DNA of 64,000 nucleotides from an uncultured bacterium (GCA_963786935.1 CAWBAN010000001.1:96001-160000), one strand, 5' to 3'. Shown: positions 8,946-18,762, counted from the first letter of the stretch. Numbers and translations: made by a program. The notes: generated from the letters alone by a model not told the origin.

Positions 8946-10667
8946 CTACTCGGTCCGCGGCGATTCGTCGCGGGCGCCGCCCTCGTAGAGCCCGACGATC
9001 TTGACGGCGTTCCCGTTCTCGTCGAGCTCGAAGGTCATCCGGAACGACGGCAAGCCCTTGATGAAAAACGTATCGCGCGACAGCGCGACGAGCGGCCGGT
9101 ATTCGGCATATCTCCCGCCGTCGCGGAGATAATGGAGGGTCCCGCCCTCAATCTTGATGTGGCGGGCCCCGTAGTCGCCGGCCATCTTCCTCAAATCCTC
9201 TTCGGCCGATTTATACGCGCTGCCTACCGCCCGCACGTAATCCATGCTCCACGCGACGGCGTCCGCCGCGGCCGTGTCCTCGGGGGCCGTCCGCGCCTCC
9301 TCGAGAAGGGTCCGCGCGCGCTCGATGTCCTCTGCCGCGATGCAGGCCCGGGCGAGGGCGAGATACGCCGTCCCGGACCGGGGATGCTGCGAGAGGTTGT
9401 ACTCGAACACCTTGACCATTTCCGCCAAGAGTCCTTCCTGCTGGAGCACGTTGCCGAGGTAATCGACGTCCCCCGTCGAGAGCTCGCCGGGATATTTCGC
9501 CTTGAGCTCGTCGAGCCGCTCCATGGCCTGCGGGCCGCCGTCCTTGAGCGCCCATGCGAGCTGATAGAACAGCGAATCGAAGGCGCGATAGTTCAGGACC
9601 CGGCAGCCCGTTGCGCCGCCGCCGATGCTGCCGGCGACGACCTGCGAGCAGACGCTCAGCCCGTTATGGCTGTTCGTCATATAGACGACGCCGGTCTTCT
9701 TCGCGGGATAGGCGATGATGTAGTTGCGGAAGACGTCGTAGTCCCCCCATTGCCAGATCGCCCGGCCGTTCCCGTCGTCCTGCGTGCCGAAGCCGAGGCT
9801 CCAGCCGAGCCCTTTTTCCTTATCCATGTCGATCCGCGGGGTCAGCATTTCCTTGAGCGTCCCCGGCCGGAGGCCCGTGCCGTTCAGCACGGCGCAGACG
9901 AACTTCGCGTAGTCCTCGGCCGTCGTGTAGAGCGAGGCGGAGGCGAACGCCTCGTTCCGCTTGCGAAAATCCGCGGGCTTCCCGAAGAAGCCGTGCCCGT
10001 TCGCCATGTTCTTCTCGTAATCGTCGCGCCAGACGAGGCGGCTTCGCGTCATGCCGAGGGGATCGAGAACCTCCTTCTGCATCAGGTTCTCGAGCCTGTC
10101 CCCCTTGAGCTTTTCGACGACCTTCTGGAGCATCTCATACCCCTCGGCCGAGTATTTCCATTTCGTTCCCGGCTCGAAGAAGAGGGGGTACGGGACGCCC
10201 CCTTCGCCGTGGGGCATGCCGCTCGAGTGGCTCAGCACCTGCCGGGCCGTGATTTTCTCGAGCCACTCGCGATGGAAATCCTTCTGGTCGAGCGGGTGGC
10301 CGAGCTTCTTCTCGATTTCCTCCGTGGAGAAGAATCCGAGCAGCGGCTTGTCGAGATCGACGACGCCCTGATCCACGAGCATCATGACGTAGTAGGCGAA
10401 GAACGGCTTCGTGAGGGAGGCTGCCTCGAAGATCGTCTCGTCCGTGACGGGCTCCCCGGTCGCCGTGCTTTTCACGCCGAAGCCCCCGTGCCAGACGATC
10501 TTCCCGTCCCGAATGACCGCGATCTGCAGGCCGGGAATATGAGCTTCCTTCATGAGCCGGGGGATCTCGTTCTCGAGGTCCTTGATTTCGTCCGCCCGGG
10601 CCGGCGCGAACGGCGAAAGGGCGAGAATCGAAATAGCGGCGAGAAGCACGCGGATCGATCCATTCAT
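8946..10667 (-). CDS. exported serine hydrolase (beta-lactamase/AmpC-like family) with C-terminal TPR-like region
   Basis: Signal peptide (PARA-D), FEAASLTK (SxxK), LSHSSG, WKYS; SD GAGGAGA. Confidence 0.88.
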   Translation of the reverse strand: MNGSIRVLLAAISILALSPFAPARADEIKDLENEIPRLMKEAHIPGLQIAVIRDGKIVWHGGFGVKSTATGEPVTDETIFEAASLTKPFFAYYVMMLVDQGVVDLDKPLLGFFSTEEIEKKLGHPLDQKDFHREWLEKITARQVLSHSSGMPHGEGGVPYPLFFEPGTKWKYSAEGYEMLQKVVEKLKGDRLENLMQKEVLDPLGMTRSRLVWRDDYEKNMANGHGFFGKPADFRKRNEAFASASLYTTAEDYAKFVCAVLNGTGLRPGTLKEMLTPRIDMDKEKGLGWSLGFGTQDDGNGRAIWQWGDYDVFRNYIIAYPAKKTGVVYMTNSHNGLSVCSQVVAGSIGGGATGCRVLNYRAFDSLFYQLAWALKDGGPQAMERLDELKAKYPGELSTGDVDYLGNVLQQEGLLAEMVKVFEYNLSQHPRSGTAYLALARACIAAEDIERARTLLEEARTAPEDTAAADAVAWSMDYVRAVGSAYKSAEEDLRKMAGDYGARHIKIEGGTLHYLRDGGRYAEYRPLVALSRDTFFIKGLPSFRMTFELDENGNAVKIVGLYEGGARDESPRTE

Positions 10668-10757
10668 TGCGAATCTCCTCCTCGGAAAGGGCATAATTGC
10701 GCTTAGATATTAAACGCAGAATCCGGTAGAATGTTGCCGGCAGGAGGCTGGAATTCC

Positions 10758-11156
10758 ATGGGATGGAAAGCGAAGGAAGAATGGGCGCGGCGGGTGGATG
10801 CGCTCAAGGCCGACTCGTACGCGCTCTACCTCGCGGCGAAGGACCCCCGCGTGCCGTGGTACGCGAAGCTGCTGGCGGGCGCCGTCGTCATCTACGCGTT
10901 GAGCCCCATCGATCTGATACCCGATTTCATCCCGGTGATCGGGCTCCTCGACGACATGATCATCATACCGCTCGGGCTCGGGCTCGCGCTCAAGATGATT
11001 CCGCGCGAGGTGGTGGAGGATCACCGGCGGGAGGCGCGCGAGCGGCTCGCCGAGGGGGTGCCGGGGCGATGGATCGGGGCGGTGATCGTGATTTGCATCT
11101 GGATTCTCCTACTCTGGCTCATTGCGAGACCGCTGATGAAACGGCTCTCGGAGTAG
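10758..11156 (+). CDS. YkvA/DUF1232 family membrane protein
   Basis: YALSPIDLIPDFIPVIGLLDD. Confidence 0.92.
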   Translation: MGWKAKEEWARRVDALKADSYALYLAAKDPRVPWYAKLLAGAVVIYALSPIDLIPDFIPVIGLLDDMIIIPLGLGLALKMIPREVVEDHRREARERLAEGVPGRWIGAVIVICIWILLLWLIARPLMKRLSE

Positions 11157-11397
11157 CGATATATTCTATTGAAATCCATACATAAGTGCTGTGTTTATTG
11201 AATATCACTGCAAGCGCTCGCAGCCTATCCGGGTGCGTCGGCAAAATGTCTTGAATTAACCTATTTGCTGGCAGTAGACTAACTCGACTCCCTTGGAAAG
11301 CATCCGTGCTATGCTGCGATATTCCGCAGTCCTATTTACGAAATACGGACCTGTCTATCAAGAAACGTGCAGAATAGATGATGGAGGGATTTGCCGT

Positions 11398-11844
11398 ATG
11401 ATCAGATACCATCACCGGCAGCTGGGCGCATTGACGCTGATTATTGGAGCCGTAAGCGTATTTCTGCTAGCGGCGCTCCTCTACTTCGTCGAGCCGCACC
11501 CGGTCGGAATCGCCGTCCTGATACTCCTCGTCGTATGCTTTTCGCTCTTCTCGACGCTTACCGTCGAGGTGACGGAAACCGTTATTCTCGTGAAGTTCGG
11601 TCCGGGTCTCATCCGGAAGAAGTTTCCGCTCAACGCCGTTCGGAGCGCGCAGGCGGTGCGCAACGAGTGGTATTACGGGTGGGGGATCCGGACGCTGCCA
11701 AAAGGGCTCTTGTACAACGTGTCGGGTCTGGATGCGGTCGAGATCGAAATGGCCGACGGCGGCGTTCACCGCATCGGAACGGATGAGCCAACCGAGCTGC
11801 TCAGGGTAATACAAGATGCATGCGGCCTGGAGGTGAAGGCATGA
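11398..11844 (+). CDS. hypothetical membrane protein (2 TM plus PH-like domain)
   Basis: SD GGAGGG; WYYGWGIR, YNVSGLDAVEI, IGTDEP motifs of a widespread uncharacterised family. Confidence 0.7.
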   Translation: MIRYHHRQLGALTLIIGAVSVFLLAALLYFVEPHPVGIAVLILLVVCFSLFSTLTVEVTETVILVKFGPGLIRKKFPLNAVRSAQAVRNEWYYGWGIRTLPKGLLYNVSGLDAVEIEMADGGVHRIGTDEPTELLRVIQDACGLEVKA

Positions 11845-12449
11845 AATGCGCCCTGGTCATCATCTCGGTGGCGCTGCTCGCTTGCGCGAATGCATTCGCC
11901 GGAACTCATGGTGGGGGAATAAAAGGGGGATTGCTGGTATCGAGCCCCACCGGCGACGATGTGGCCACGTACAACGTCGAATCGCTGAATACCTTCGCGT
12001 TCGGCGCTTTCTATCGGTACACGTTCTCGCAGCTCCTCTCGCTGCAGGTCGAAGCGCTCTACTCGCACAAGGGCGCAACGGGGACCATCTATGCCATCGA
12101 CGGCCAGGTGAATCTCTGGTATCTCGATTTCGCGCCGCTTCTGCAATGCAGGGTGCTGGACAAATCGGGATTCCTGAGCGACCTGTATGCCGGTCCCACC
12201 GTCAGCATGCGCTTGGATGCGAGCTTCGAGAGCGGCGCGATGGGCGACGATTACTGGGATATCTCATCGGGCACGAAAGCATACGACTATGGATACGCGA
12301 TAGGCGCGAAGCTGGGGCTGGCGCGGGGAGGCAACGAAGCGTGCATCGATGTGCGCTACTCCGCGGGATTGGTCGCGCCGAATGACACCGGCCGCGAGAT
12401 CGATTTGAAGCACAGGACATACACGGTCATGCTCGAGCTCTATTTCTAG
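11841..12449 (+). CDS. outer-membrane beta-barrel protein (PorT-like porin family)
   Basis: Signal peptide, GIKGGL, LQVEALYSHKG, IDVRYSAGL, terminal Phe. Confidence 0.75.
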   Translation: MKCALVIISVALLACANAFAGTHGGGIKGGLLVSSPTGDDVATYNVESLNTFAFGAFYRYTFSQLLSLQVEALYSHKGATGTIYAIDGQVNLWYLDFAPLLQCRVLDKSGFLSDLYAGPTVSMRLDASFESGAMGDDYWDISSGTKAYDYGYAIGAKLGLARGGNEACIDVRYSAGLVAPNDTGREIDLKHRTYTVMLELYF

Positions 12450-12462
12450 GCGAAGGAATCAC

Positions 12463-12834
12463 GTGGGCTCAGAAGAACGGCTCTTGTCGGCATTCGAGTG
12501 TTTCAGGAAAGCCTTGTTCGATTCCGACGTCGCGGCTCTTCGAGCGTTGATCGCCGACGATTATCAGGGATTCGATCCGCAGGGCCGGCGGCAGAGCAAG
12601 GAGATGATACTCGAGGCGTATCGTCCGGGCGGCGTCGCTTTGGATCGGTATGACGTCGAGGATATTCAGACACGAATCGTCGGCGACGTCGGCATCGTCA
12701 CCGGCACGGGCCGCGTCGAAGGGCGATACGCCGAAGACCGTTTCGCGCACCACGTGAGGTTCGTCGATCTGTACGTTCATAGAGACGGCGGCTGGCAGCT
12801 GTACGTGGGGCAGGTCACGCCTCTCGGAGCGTGA
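12463..12834 (+). CDS. NTF2-like/DUF4440 domain protein
   Basis: DVAALRALIADDY...RFVDLYVHRDGGWQL. Confidence 0.85.
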   Translation: MGSEERLLSAFECFRKALFDSDVAALRALIADDYQGFDPQGRRQSKEMILEAYRPGGVALDRYDVEDIQTRIVGDVGIVTGTGRVEGRYAEDRFAHHVRFVDLYVHRDGGWQLYVGQVTPLGA

Positions 12835-13571
12835 AGGAAGGAAAGCCCATTAATCAAAAAGCCATGGAGCCGTTCGGGCGTGCGCTCCTCACCTATCTCG
12901 AGGGGGACGCGAGCGCGGAGCTCGTGCTTCGCAGGGACGATGGGTTGGAGAGCGTGATCCCCGTGTCGCTGTTCTTCCGAGACGAGCCGGGTTTCAACGA
13001 TCTGGAGAATAAAGCGATCGAGCTCTGCGCGGGACGCGTGCTCGATATCGGGGCCGGCGCCGGTTCGCTGAGCATCGCGCTCCAGCGAAGGGGGCTCGCC
13101 GTCACCGCCATGGATATCAGTCAGGAGGCCGTTGTCGTTGCGAGGCGGCGCGGCGTGACGGACGCCCTCTGCGCGGACATCGTCGCGTTCGAGGGCGGGC
13201 CCTTCGACACGTTGCTGATGATGGGGCACGGCGTCGGGATGGTCGAGACGATCGAGGGCCTGGACCGCTTTCTTACGCGCGCCCATTTGCTTCTCGGCCC
13301 CAACGGGCGGCTGCTCCTCGATTCACTCGATGTGCGCGTCACGGACGACGCGCGGCACCTCGCGTACCACGAGGCGAACCGGAAAGCCGGCCGCTACATC
13401 GGTGAAATTCGAATGCGGATCGAGTTTGGGGGCATGCCAGGGCCTTCCTACAGCTGGCTGCAGGTGGACGCCGAGACCCTGCGGGCGCATGCCGAGCCGG
13501 TGGGCTGGCGATGCGAGATCGTCCATCGAGCCGAGAGCGGCGACTATTTGGCGAAACTCCTGCGACGGTAA
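12831..13571 (+). CDS. class I SAM-dependent methyltransferase
   Basis: RVLDIGAGAG, FDTLLMMGHGVG; GTGA overlap with upstream gene. Confidence 0.9.
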   Translation: MKEGKPINQKAMEPFGRALLTYLEGDASAELVLRRDDGLESVIPVSLFFRDEPGFNDLENKAIELCAGRVLDIGAGAGSLSIALQRRGLAVTAMDISQEAVVVARRRGVTDALCADIVAFEGGPFDTLLMMGHGVGMVETIEGLDRFLTRAHLLLGPNGRLLLDSLDVRVTDDARHLAYHEANRKAGRYIGEIRMRIEFGGMPGPSYSWLQVDAETLRAHAEPVGWRCEIVHRAESGDYLAKLLRR

Positions 13572-13593
13572 ACAATATGGAGGATGAGGACTC

Positions 13594-14130
13594 ATGAGAA
13601 TAATGCGCGTGGCGTTTGCCTGTCTCGTGATCGGCGGGCTCTCGATCGGGCTCGCGGCGTGCTCGGGGCGGCAGCCGGCGCGAGGGAATTCGCCGGCCCC
13701 GCAGGATCCATTGAACGGCGCATGGCGGCTCGTCACGATGCGCCTGATCGCCGCGGACGGGAAGAGTTTCGAGCTTCCCGTGCGCGAGAGCCTGATCATT
13801 TTCGCGAACTGCTATTACAGCCTCGACTATGCGTTCGGCGACTCCGTCGCGGCGTACGCGGAGCGGTGGCACCCGAGCGAGAGCGAGAAGATCGCGCGGT
13901 TCAGCTCCATGATCGTGAACTCCGGATCGTACCGGCTCGAGGGCGAGCGCATGATCGCGAAGCCGATTTTCGCGCTCGCGCCGGAGTTCGTGGGGGGCGA
14001 GGGAGTATTCTCGTTCGCGTTCGCGGCCGACACGCTGGAGCTCACGTGGGAGCGCAGCGTCGCGTTCGACGGGCTCGAGTATCCGTCGCGCGGCACGGTC
14101 ACGCTGCTCCGTCTTGTGCGGGCGCAATAA
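13594..14130 (+). CDS. lipoprotein with lipocalin-like domain
   Basis: Lipobox LAA-C; LNGAWRLV, NSGSYRLEG. Confidence 0.65.
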   Translation: MRIMRVAFACLVIGGLSIGLAACSGRQPARGNSPAPQDPLNGAWRLVTMRLIAADGKSFELPVRESLIIFANCYYSLDYAFGDSVAAYAERWHPSESEKIARFSSMIVNSGSYRLEGERMIAKPIFALAPEFVGGEGVFSFAFAADTLELTWERSVAFDGLEYPSRGTVTLLRLVRAQ

Positions 14131-14170
14131 GCGGCGCCCGCGACGCGCCTCCGGCGCAGAAAGGCATCGA

Positions 14171-14594
14171 ATGAATCTGTCTTACGAAGCGCGCCTCCCC
14201 GCGGCGGAGGAATTCTTCGCGCTCTTCGCGACGACCGGGTGGAACGACGAGTATCATCTCACGGCGGAGGAGCTGCACGCGGCGATCTCGCTGAGCTGGC
14301 ATGCGCTCTCGGTCTACAAGGGGACGCGTCTCATCGGCTTCGGGCGCGTGGTCTCGGACGGCGTGCTGCACGCGATGATCTACGACCTGATCGTCCTTCC
14401 CGAATACCGGGGGAAGGGGATCGGCGCGGAGATTCTCAGGCGGCTCGTGGAGACGTGCCGCGACGCCGGCATTCGCGACGTGCAGCTCTTCGCCGCCCGG
14501 GGGAGACGGGCAGTTCTACGAGCGGCGGGGCTTCCGTGCCCGCGCCGACGAGGCGCCGGGGATGGATTACAAGGGAGAGGGCCCGGCGCGTTGA
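14171..14594 (+). CDS. GNAT N-acetyltransferase (one extra base near 14499-14510, probable sequencing indel)
   Basis: LIGFGRVVSDG, PEYRGKGIG; conserved end QFYERRGF...GMDY* lies in the shifted frame. Confidence 0.8.
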
Positions 14595-14622
14595 ATCAGT
14601 TCTCGACGAGAGAGGAGGATCG

Positions 14623-15534
14623 ATGCAGGCGATCGGCAACACTCCGCTCATTCAGCTGAAGCGACTCCACGAGAAGGGCGCCGCGGACGTTTTCGTCAAG
14701 TGGGAGGGCGCAAATCCCACCGGCAGCATGAAGGACCGCATGGCGCTCTCCATGATCGAGGGGGCCGAGAAGCGGGGGCTCCTCAAGCCGGGGAGCCGCG
14801 TCGTCGACTACACCGGCGGGAGCACGGGGAGCTCGCTCGCCATGGTGTGCGCGGCCAAGGGCTACCGCGGATACTTCGTCTCGTCGGACGCCTTCGCCGA
14901 GGAGAAGATCCAGACGATGCGCGCATTCGGCGCGACCGTGGAGGTGGCGCCGAGCGTGAACCGGATGGTCACGAAGGAGCTCATTCAATCTCTCATCGAC
15001 CGCGTGGCGGAGCTCGCCACCGAGCCGGACACCTTCTGGACCGACCAGTTCAACAACCGCGACAACAGCGCCGGGTACCTGCCCATGGCCGTGGAGATAA
15101 TGACGGCCCTCGGCGGCCGCTTCGACGAGTTCATACAGGGGGTCGGCACCGGCGGCTCATTCTCGGGGAACGCCGAGGTGTTCAAGCGAGAGGTGCCGGG
15201 GGTGCGGTGCATCGCCATCGAGCCGCTGAAATCGCGGGCGCTCTCCGGGCACGGCCCCTACGGCGGGCACCGGCTCGAGGGGATGGGGGCGGGATTCGTG
15301 CCGTCCATCTGCAGGCTCGATCTCGCGGACGATATCGTCGCGGTGAGCGACGAGGACGCCTATGCGACGGCTCGCCGACTCGCGCGCGAGGAGGGCATCT
15401 TCGGCGGGATTTCGTCGGGATCGAACGTATGGGCCGCCCTCCAGCGGGCCCGCAAGCTCGGGGCCGGAAAGCGCATCGTCACGATCATCTGCGATTCGGG
15501 GCTGAAGTATCTGCAGGACGATTTGTATCGATAA
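14623..15534 (+). CDS. cysK: cysteine synthase family PLP enzyme (CysK-like)
   Basis: IGNTPL, KWEGANPTGSMKDR, GVGTGG, EEGIFGGISSG, CDSGLKY. Confidence 0.85.
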   Translation: MQAIGNTPLIQLKRLHEKGAADVFVKWEGANPTGSMKDRMALSMIEGAEKRGLLKPGSRVVDYTGGSTGSSLAMVCAAKGYRGYFVSSDAFAEEKIQTMRAFGATVEVAPSVNRMVTKELIQSLIDRVAELATEPDTFWTDQFNNRDNSAGYLPMAVEIMTALGGRFDEFIQGVGTGGSFSGNAEVFKREVPGVRCIAIEPLKSRALSGHGPYGGHRLEGMGAGFVPSICRLDLADDIVAVSDEDAYATARRLAREEGIFGGISSGSNVWAALQRARKLGAGKRIVTIICDSGLKYLQDDLYR

Positions 15535-15560
15535 AGGCGGCGGGGAAGCCCCGCCGCCTT
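15534..15560. terminator. 12-bp stem hairpin between convergent genes (likely bidirectional terminator)
   Basis: AAGGCGGCGGGG-AAG-CCCCGCCGCCTT. Confidence 0.75.
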
Positions 15561-15585
15561 CAATGCTACCGATTTTTCCCGCAAC

Positions 15586-16437
15586 CTAAATGCCGGACGG
15601 GATCAGCCCGAAATCCACGTCTTGGGTATTGACGCCCGCAGTGACCGCTATCCCGGTCCTGGTGGAATCAACGTATCCCACGGCGCTCGCCCGGACATCG
15701 TATATGCCGGCGAGCAGGGCCTGCAGCACGTAATCGCCCGTGACCGGATCGACCAGGGTCGCAGCCACCGTGTCGGCGGTAGAGGGATTCATGGCGTAGA
15801 TCACCGCGCCGATGCCGATGGGGAGCACGGTCCCGGAGATGGTGCCGGACAGCGTCGTCTGCACCAGGCGTATTGTGGGCCTGAGGATATAATCGCCGCT
15901 CCCCGGCGGGGCCTCATGAAGGGACTTTGCCACGTCGAAGTCCAGGGTGAACTCGGTTATGACGTTGGGATCGATCTTGAAGCCGCCAACGAGCTTGATT
16001 CCCGTCTGATCACCGCTGGGAATAGTGAGGTTCTGAGGCTCGCCGTCAACGATCAGCGTTGCGCTCTCGAGCATGATCCGGATCTGGGTATAGGTGCCGG
16101 CCTCGAGCTCCTTCTCGCAGAGAATGCCGAAATGGCCGTTCACCAGATCCATCAAGTCGAACGTCCGCCGCTCCACGGGCAGGGTATCGTACATGATGGT
16201 GATCCATCCATCGACCGGGTCTTCTTCCCCCGATGCCCGGTGGATGAGGATCTTATCGAATACGATTTCCAGACTTTCCACGCCCTCCATGTCGGCCGGC
16301 GCGTCCACCAGTACCAGCCGCAACGTGCCGGGTTCCGTGTCCGTGCTGGTGGAATCCGAGCAGGATATTAATCCTCCCATCACAAGAAGCAACATGGCCC
16401 CCGTGGTGATTATGGATCGCATCATACGTGAATTCAT
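15586..16437 (-). CDS. DUF4382 lipoprotein with C-terminal carboxypeptidase-regulatory-like domain
   Basis: Lipobox LIS-C; LVLVDAP, AGTYTQIR, PSGDQTGIKL, LDFDVAKS, YILRPTIR. Confidence 0.85.
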   Translation of the reverse strand: MNSRMMRSIITTGAMLLLVMGGLISCSDSTSTDTEPGTLRLVLVDAPADMEGVESLEIVFDKILIHRASGEEDPVDGWITIMYDTLPVERRTFDLMDLVNGHFGILCEKELEAGTYTQIRIMLESATLIVDGEPQNLTIPSGDQTGIKLVGGFKIDPNVITEFTLDFDVAKSLHEAPPGSGDYILRPTIRLVQTTLSGTISGTVLPIGIGAVIYAMNPSTADTVAATLVDPVTGDYVLQALLAGIYDVRASAVGYVDSTRTGIAVTAGVNTQDVDFGLIPSGI

Positions 16438-16633
16438 AGTCTCGACTCCTTTCAAATCGTTGTCCGGTGCTCTGCTCAAGTATTAATAAGTATACTCGGA
16501 AAGCGGTCGCGGGTAAATCGCCCCGAGGGATGGAAAAGGAGCTAGTCCTGAAGGAGGAGACGCTCGTGCGGGGGTTATAATAGTCCATGGCCCGCCGCCT
16601 CATATGGTAACGTTTGCGGGAGGAAGGAACGCC

Positions 16634-16696
16634 GTGAAGATCCGGCAGGTATCGATAAATAACCACAAAAGGGCTTTCGAGGTGAAGACCTCATAG
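16634..16696 (+). pseudogene. 20-codon remnant resembling the N-terminus of an HTH/antitoxin-like protein
   Basis: SD GGAGGAAGG then GTG: MKIRQVSINNHKRAFEVKTS*; similarity recognised from memory only. Confidence 0.4.
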
Positions 16697-16730
16697 GCGC
16701 TGCGCTGCAATGAGAATGGGAGGTTCGTTC

Positions 16731-18014
16731 ATGGTTGGTCACGTGAAGCTTGCCCTCGTCTCGCTCGTCGCCATTCTCGTTCCGGCTCTGTGCGGGCCGG
16801 CGACGGGCCAAGAGAAGACGCTCAAGGAAAAGGCGATCGCGGAGTTCGAGAGCGCGAACTACCCCGCGGCGATCGAGTATCTCGAGCAGGCCCGCGCCGC
16901 GTCGCCGGACGACGCCGAGATCTACTACTATCTCGGCTATTTCACGCACTACCTCTGCTATGACTCCGTGCCGCTGACCGGCTTCGGGCGGGAGAGGTCC
17001 GATGAGGTGCTCCGCTACCTCGAGAAAGCGGTCGAGCTCGATCCTCACCTCGGAAACGCGTACTACTTTCTGGGCGCCGAGTACGGCGCGCGCTCGCGCG
17101 ACGAGATGCAGCGGGGCTCCGCCAAGGGTGCCGTCGAGGAGTTCCGATCGGGGCGGCAGGCCGGCGGCTATCCGGACTGGATGATCGAATTCGGCCGAAA
17201 CCTGCTGCGCTCCTGCGCGCCGAACGCGATTCTCTTCACCGGGGGCGACGCCGATACCAATCCGGTCGAGTATCTTCAAGCGGTCGAGGGGTATCGAATG
17301 GACGTCACGGTGATCCCGCTCGCGCTCCTCGACAGACCGTGGTTCGTCGCGTTGCTGAAGAAAGGCATGACGGGCGTCGTCGCTCCCGCGCCGATCAGCT
17401 GGAGCGACGAGCAGATCTCATCGATGCATCCATACAAATGGAAGAAGAACGTCGTTCGCGTTCCGGTGCCCGAGGACATCGGGCGGGCGCAGGCAAAGGG
17501 GCAAGCGAGCGTGGAGTGGGAGCTGCCGCCGGATCTCGGCCGGGGAGAGGAGCTCGGGCTCCTGAGCGCGGGGCGGGCCGTATTCGCGGACATCCTGATC
17601 ACGAACCAATGGAAGCGTCCGATCTGCTTTTCGAGCGGATGCTATCCGGGCGCGTGGGCGGGCCTCGACGCGAATATCCAGCTGTGCGGGATCGCCAATC
17701 GCCTGCTGCCGTTTGCACCGGTGACGAATGTGGACGCGGAAGCGACGAGCGCGCTTCTTCTCGACGAGGGTAACTTCCGGCTCTTGCCCACACTGCGCGA
17801 CTCCGATATGCCCAGAGTGTCCTATATGCTGCAGAACTACCGGGCGTCATTTCTGAGCCTGGCCTACCAGTATGTCCAACAGGGAGAACTCGAGAAGGCA
17901 AAGGCGGTTCTTGAGGCTATGAGCAAATCGGTTCCCGAGGATATTCTGCCGATGTCCGAGCAGTATGGGGTTCTGACCGAGGGGCTCAGGAAGATGCTGA
18001 ATGAAGGCGAATAG
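16731..18014 (+). CDS. exported TPR protein with DUF2723-like C-terminal soluble domain
   Basis: Signal peptide, TPRs, SCAPNAILFTGGDADTNPVEYLQAVEGYRMDVTVI. Confidence 0.7.
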   Translation: MVGHVKLALVSLVAILVPALCGPATGQEKTLKEKAIAEFESANYPAAIEYLEQARAASPDDAEIYYYLGYFTHYLCYDSVPLTGFGRERSDEVLRYLEKAVELDPHLGNAYYFLGAEYGARSRDEMQRGSAKGAVEEFRSGRQAGGYPDWMIEFGRNLLRSCAPNAILFTGGDADTNPVEYLQAVEGYRMDVTVIPLALLDRPWFVALLKKGMTGVVAPAPISWSDEQISSMHPYKWKKNVVRVPVPEDIGRAQAKGQASVEWELPPDLGRGEELGLLSAGRAVFADILITNQWKRPICFSSGCYPGAWAGLDANIQLCGIANRLLPFAPVTNVDAEATSALLLDEGNFRLLPTLRDSDMPRVSYMLQNYRASFLSLAYQYVQQGELEKAKAVLEAMSKSVPEDILPMSEQYGVLTEGLRKMLNEGE

Positions 18015-18142
18015 AATCGGGCGCTGGGAGGAAATGCGGAAGGGCCGGATCATTCTCTTCGGCCCGCCTTTTTGCCCTTGACTTCCCCCATCTCTTTTGT
18101 TATCAATATTGTTCGTTTGCGAAACATTCAGGAGGTATACCT

Positions 18143-18454
18143 GTGTACGCGGTCGTTCGCCTTGCGGGCAAACAATTTATGGTGCAGCCGAACGAGCTTG
18201 TGGACGTCCCGCTCCTCGAGCTCGATCCGGGAACAGTCATCAACTGCGACGAGGTGCTCGCATATTCGGACGGCACAGACGTTCGGGTCGGGAAGCCTCT
18301 TGTCGAGGGCATCAAGGTCGTCGGCGAGGTAGTCGCCCATGCCCGCGCGCCCAAGGTCATGCTCTATAAGATGAAGCGCCGCAAAAACTACCGCAAGAAA
18401 CAGGGACACAAGCAGCATTTCACCCGCGTGAGAATCAAAGAGATCACCGCATAG
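18143..18454 (+). CDS. rplU: 50S ribosomal protein L21
   Basis: MYAVVRLAGKQFMV...KRRKNYRKKQGHKQ. Confidence 0.97.
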   Translation: MYAVVRLAGKQFMVQPNELVDVPLLELDPGTVINCDEVLAYSDGTDVRVGKPLVEGIKVVGEVVAHARAPKVMLYKMKRRKNYRKKQGHKQHFTRVRIKEITA

Positions 18455-18472
18455 GATACGAGGAGCAGCGTC

Positions 18473-18733
18473 ATGGCACATAAAAAGGGAGTCGGGAGTT
18501 CGAAAAACGGGCGCGACAGCCAGTCCCATCGACTCGGCGTGAAGCGCTACTCCGGCCAGACGATCAACGCCGGCACGATCATCGTCCGCCAGCACGGCTC
18601 GAAGATCCACCCCGGCACGAACGTCGGCAAGGGTCGCGACGACACCTTGTTCGCCCTCATCACGGGCGTCGTCAAGTTCGAACGTCTCGGCAAAGAGAAG
18701 AAGAAAGTCAGCGTATACGCCAAAGCGGAATAG
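18473..18733 (+). CDS. rpmA: 50S ribosomal protein L27
   Basis: [16 protein letters not shown]. Confidence 0.98.
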   Translation: MAHKKGVGSSKNGRDSQSHRLGVKRYSGQTINAGTIIVRQHGSKIHPGTNVGKGRDDTLFALITGVVKFERLGKEKKKVSVYAKAE

Positions 18734-18762
18734 CCTTCCGCGATATCTGACGGCCGTATTGA

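Noticed and set aside
8946..10667. Antibiotic-resistance beta-lactamase
   Set aside because: SxxK is present but YxN and KTG are not canonical; a generic serine hydrolase is more likely
2395..18100. Integron cassette array
   Set aside because: No intI and no repeated RYYYAAC..GTTRRRY attC sites; several genes overlap, leaving no room for attC
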